A stretch of DNA of 64,000 nt from positions 32,001 through 96,000 of the forward strand of contig JBMOPW010000035.1 of NCBI GenBank assembly GCA_049322915.1. The letters are read 5' to 3'. Below, one piece after another: positions 62,411 to 64,000 of this stretch. This stretch comes from Candidatus Zhuqueibacterota bacterium (GTDB lineage: Bacteria > Zhuqueibacterota > Zhuqueibacteria > Thermofontimicrobiales > Thermofontimicrobiaceae). The position numbers were made by a program, and so were the translations under genes. Each line of letters opens with the position of its first letter. Position 1 is the stretch's first letter. Under the pieces are notes generated by a model. The model saw only the letters and a program-made list of their open reading frames with translations. It had not been told where the DNA came from and did no database searches.

Positions 62411-62451
62411 GTAATCCTTTCAAACGTCGAAAATACTTTTGGAAGGATTAC
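62411..62451 (+). terminator. Hairpin after the fdh genes (terminator or mRNA stabiliser)
   Basis: GTAATCCTTTCAAA...TTTGGAAGGATTAC; no clear U-tail. Confidence 0.45.
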
Positions 62452-62527
62452 CAGTCGGCAGTGTTCCACTGGACAGATGATACAGGAATTGCAAACCCAT
62501 CATGTATAATATTTGGAAATTAAAATT

Positions 62528-63679
62528 ATGATAAACAGATTAAAATTCCTCTTTCTAATTTCAAACATGTTTTTAATTTTAATTTTCTGCAGTTCAGCAA
62601 AGGGTCAATCAGTAAAACCATTATTAAAAGCCGGCGATCCGATCCCAGCCGTTGAATTGAAAGCGAATTTGACGCCCGAACAAAAACAGTATCTGGGCGT
62701 CAAGAATGCCAAAAAATTTCGATTCGGCGATATCCAGGCATCGGTTGTGGTTGTTGAGTATTTCAATAAATACTGCCCTCATTGTCAGAAGCAAGCGCCT
62801 ATCATGAATCAATTGTATCAGCAAATCCTCCAGGATGAGTCGCTGAAATCGCAGGTGAAAATGATTGGCATCGGCTCTGGCAATAATGAGAAGCAAGTGG
62901 AATTGTTCAGGCAGGAGAAAAACATTCCATTCCCTCTCATTCCTGACGATCAATTCATTCTGCACGATGAGATCGGCAGGCCGCGCACGCCGTTTATTAT
63001 ACTCATAAAAAAATCCGGGACAGAGCAGGGCATCGTAGGCGCCACATTTTTAGGAATTGTACTGACCAATGACCAACTGCTGGAAGACATCCGAAAGCTC
63101 GTGTTTACGGACGTGATGGTGCTCGATGAACAACGTGCGGTCACGGCCGCAGATGAGAATGCGAAGGGATTCCCCAAATTAAGCGACCAGGAATTCAGGC
63201 AAATCGTGGTCGAAAAATTCCAGGCGACCCATGAGAAAGTGATGCTGTTCGAGCGAATCCTTGTATTGGATGAGATGTTTGATATCGTGTACAAAATTCG
63301 CACACAGTCGATACATCCTCAGACGAAGCAGGTGACCGAGCGATCCTTTTTCATTCGGAAAGTCTATCGCAACACAGTCTGCGGCACTTGCCATGATGCG
63401 CATTTCTGGTATACGTTTGATACCAGTGGCAAAATTCTCAATTTTTATTCCATTTACTTGACCAAGGCATATAACCGACAGTGGAACGAAAGCGAGCTGT
63501 CCACTTTTTCTCAACGCATCATTGGTAAGTCGATCGTGGACAGATTCGAATTCAATCCCATAACAGACGCTGTAACAGCAGCGACCATCACATCGAGCCT
63601 GATATTCGATACACTGGCTGAAACGAAAGACCTGTTTGCTCAATTGAAAAAGTCTGGTGCCGTGGAATACAATCACTAA
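62528..63679 (+). CDS. Exported redoxin (TlpA/AhpC-TSA fold, CPHC) fused to a domain with CxxCH and an FMN-binding-like motif
   Basis: Signal-like N-terminus; VVVEYFNKYCPHC, FPLIPD, TP; C-terminal VCGTCHD and DAVTAATITS. Confidence 0.7.
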   Translation: MINRLKFLFLISNMFLILIFCSSAKGQSVKPLLKAGDPIPAVELKANLTPEQKQYLGVKNAKKFRFGDIQASVVVVEYFNKYCPHCQKQAPIMNQLYQQILQDESLKSQVKMIGIGSGNNEKQVELFRQEKNIPFPLIPDDQFILHDEIGRPRTPFIILIKKSGTEQGIVGATFLGIVLTNDQLLEDIRKLVFTDVMVLDEQRAVTAADENAKGFPKLSDQEFRQIVVEKFQATHEKVMLFERILVLDEMFDIVYKIRTQSIHPQTKQVTERSFFIRKVYRNTVCGTCHDAHFWYTFDTSGKILNFYSIYLTKAYNRQWNESELSTFSQRIIGKSIVDRFEFNPITDAVTAATITSSLIFDTLAETKDLFAQLKKSGAVEYNH

Positions 63680-63715
63680 TCAACTGTATGTATAAACGTT
63701 AAGGAGAATGTAACA

Positions 63716-64000
63716 ATGAGAAAAGCGATTCTGATTCTGTTCCTAAGCTTTCTTTTTATCCCTGCTCTATTTGCTCAGGTGGAATTAAAACACTATGGAT
63801 TTCTCAAGGGTGACATGGTCTATGCCACAAAAGGCGTTATGTCCTTTGGCAAAGACAATCTCTCCGCTGCCCAATTGGCTTCTGGTGTCGATAATCCTGC
63901 TCTCGGCTTCACTGCCCAACATTCCCGTTTCGGGTTGAAAGGCACAGCCGGCGATGCAATTAAAGTTGGTGGTTTGTTAGAACTGGACTTCTTCTGGGGT
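63716..64000 (+). CDS. Putative DcaP-like outer-membrane porin, N-terminal part (runs off window; not in ORF track)
   Basis: AAGGAG SD; MRKAILILFLSFLFIPALFA-QVELKHYGFLKGD...SRFGLK...LELDF; open to the window end. Confidence 0.6.
   Translation, partial: MRKAILILFLSFLFIPALFAQVELKHYGFLKGDMVYATKGVMSFGKDNLSAAQLASGVDNPALGFTAQHSRFGLKGTAGDAIKVGGLLELDFFWG

Noticed and set aside
1..64000. tRNA-Sec/sel genes, rRNA, transposases, integrases
   Set aside because: None recognised in this window; Sec machinery would have to be encoded elsewhere

Overview
Bacterial window, probably from an anaerobe of the FCB group. A KSB1/Calditrichota-like lineage is an inference from the T9SS-type C-terminal domain, the hybrid two-component system and the gene content. 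Left to right it holds: (1) 1-12.1 kb, the end of a Wzx/Wzy-type polysaccharide cluster; (2) 12.6-16.2 kb, a tetraheme cytochrome and a 19-heme cytochrome c fused to cytochrome b; (3) 16.9-32.2 kb, a GH78 rhamnosidase, an NCS1-like permease, a small membrane protein missed by the ORF track, a hybrid two-component regulator and a 1919-aa repeat-rich secreted protein; (4) 32.6-64 kb, a large respiratory region, much of it apparently sigma-54 controlled. The standout is an operon whose first cytochrome is split in the ORF track by an in-frame UGA (37618-37620) followed by a SECIS-like hairpin. Read-through gives a 441-aa lipoprotein multiheme selenocytochrome (Sec71 in an EG-U-GG linker). It is followed by a tandem-rhodanese lipoprotein, a beta-barrel porin, a 12-heme cytochrome and a 4-heme lipoprotein, and an 11-heme/cytochrome b quinol-interacting protein is transcribed divergently. 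Together these form a candidate extracellular sulfur/selenium redox conduit. The region also has two histidine kinases with heme-binding motifs, three GcvH-like proteins (two fused to receiver domains, lacking the lipoyl Lys), an Hmc/Hyb-like module, and a mobA-fdhD-fdhE operon leading into a Sec-containing formate dehydrogenase whose own UGA and SECIS act as an internal control for Sec decoding. All calls rest on visual motif recognition; no database searches were run.
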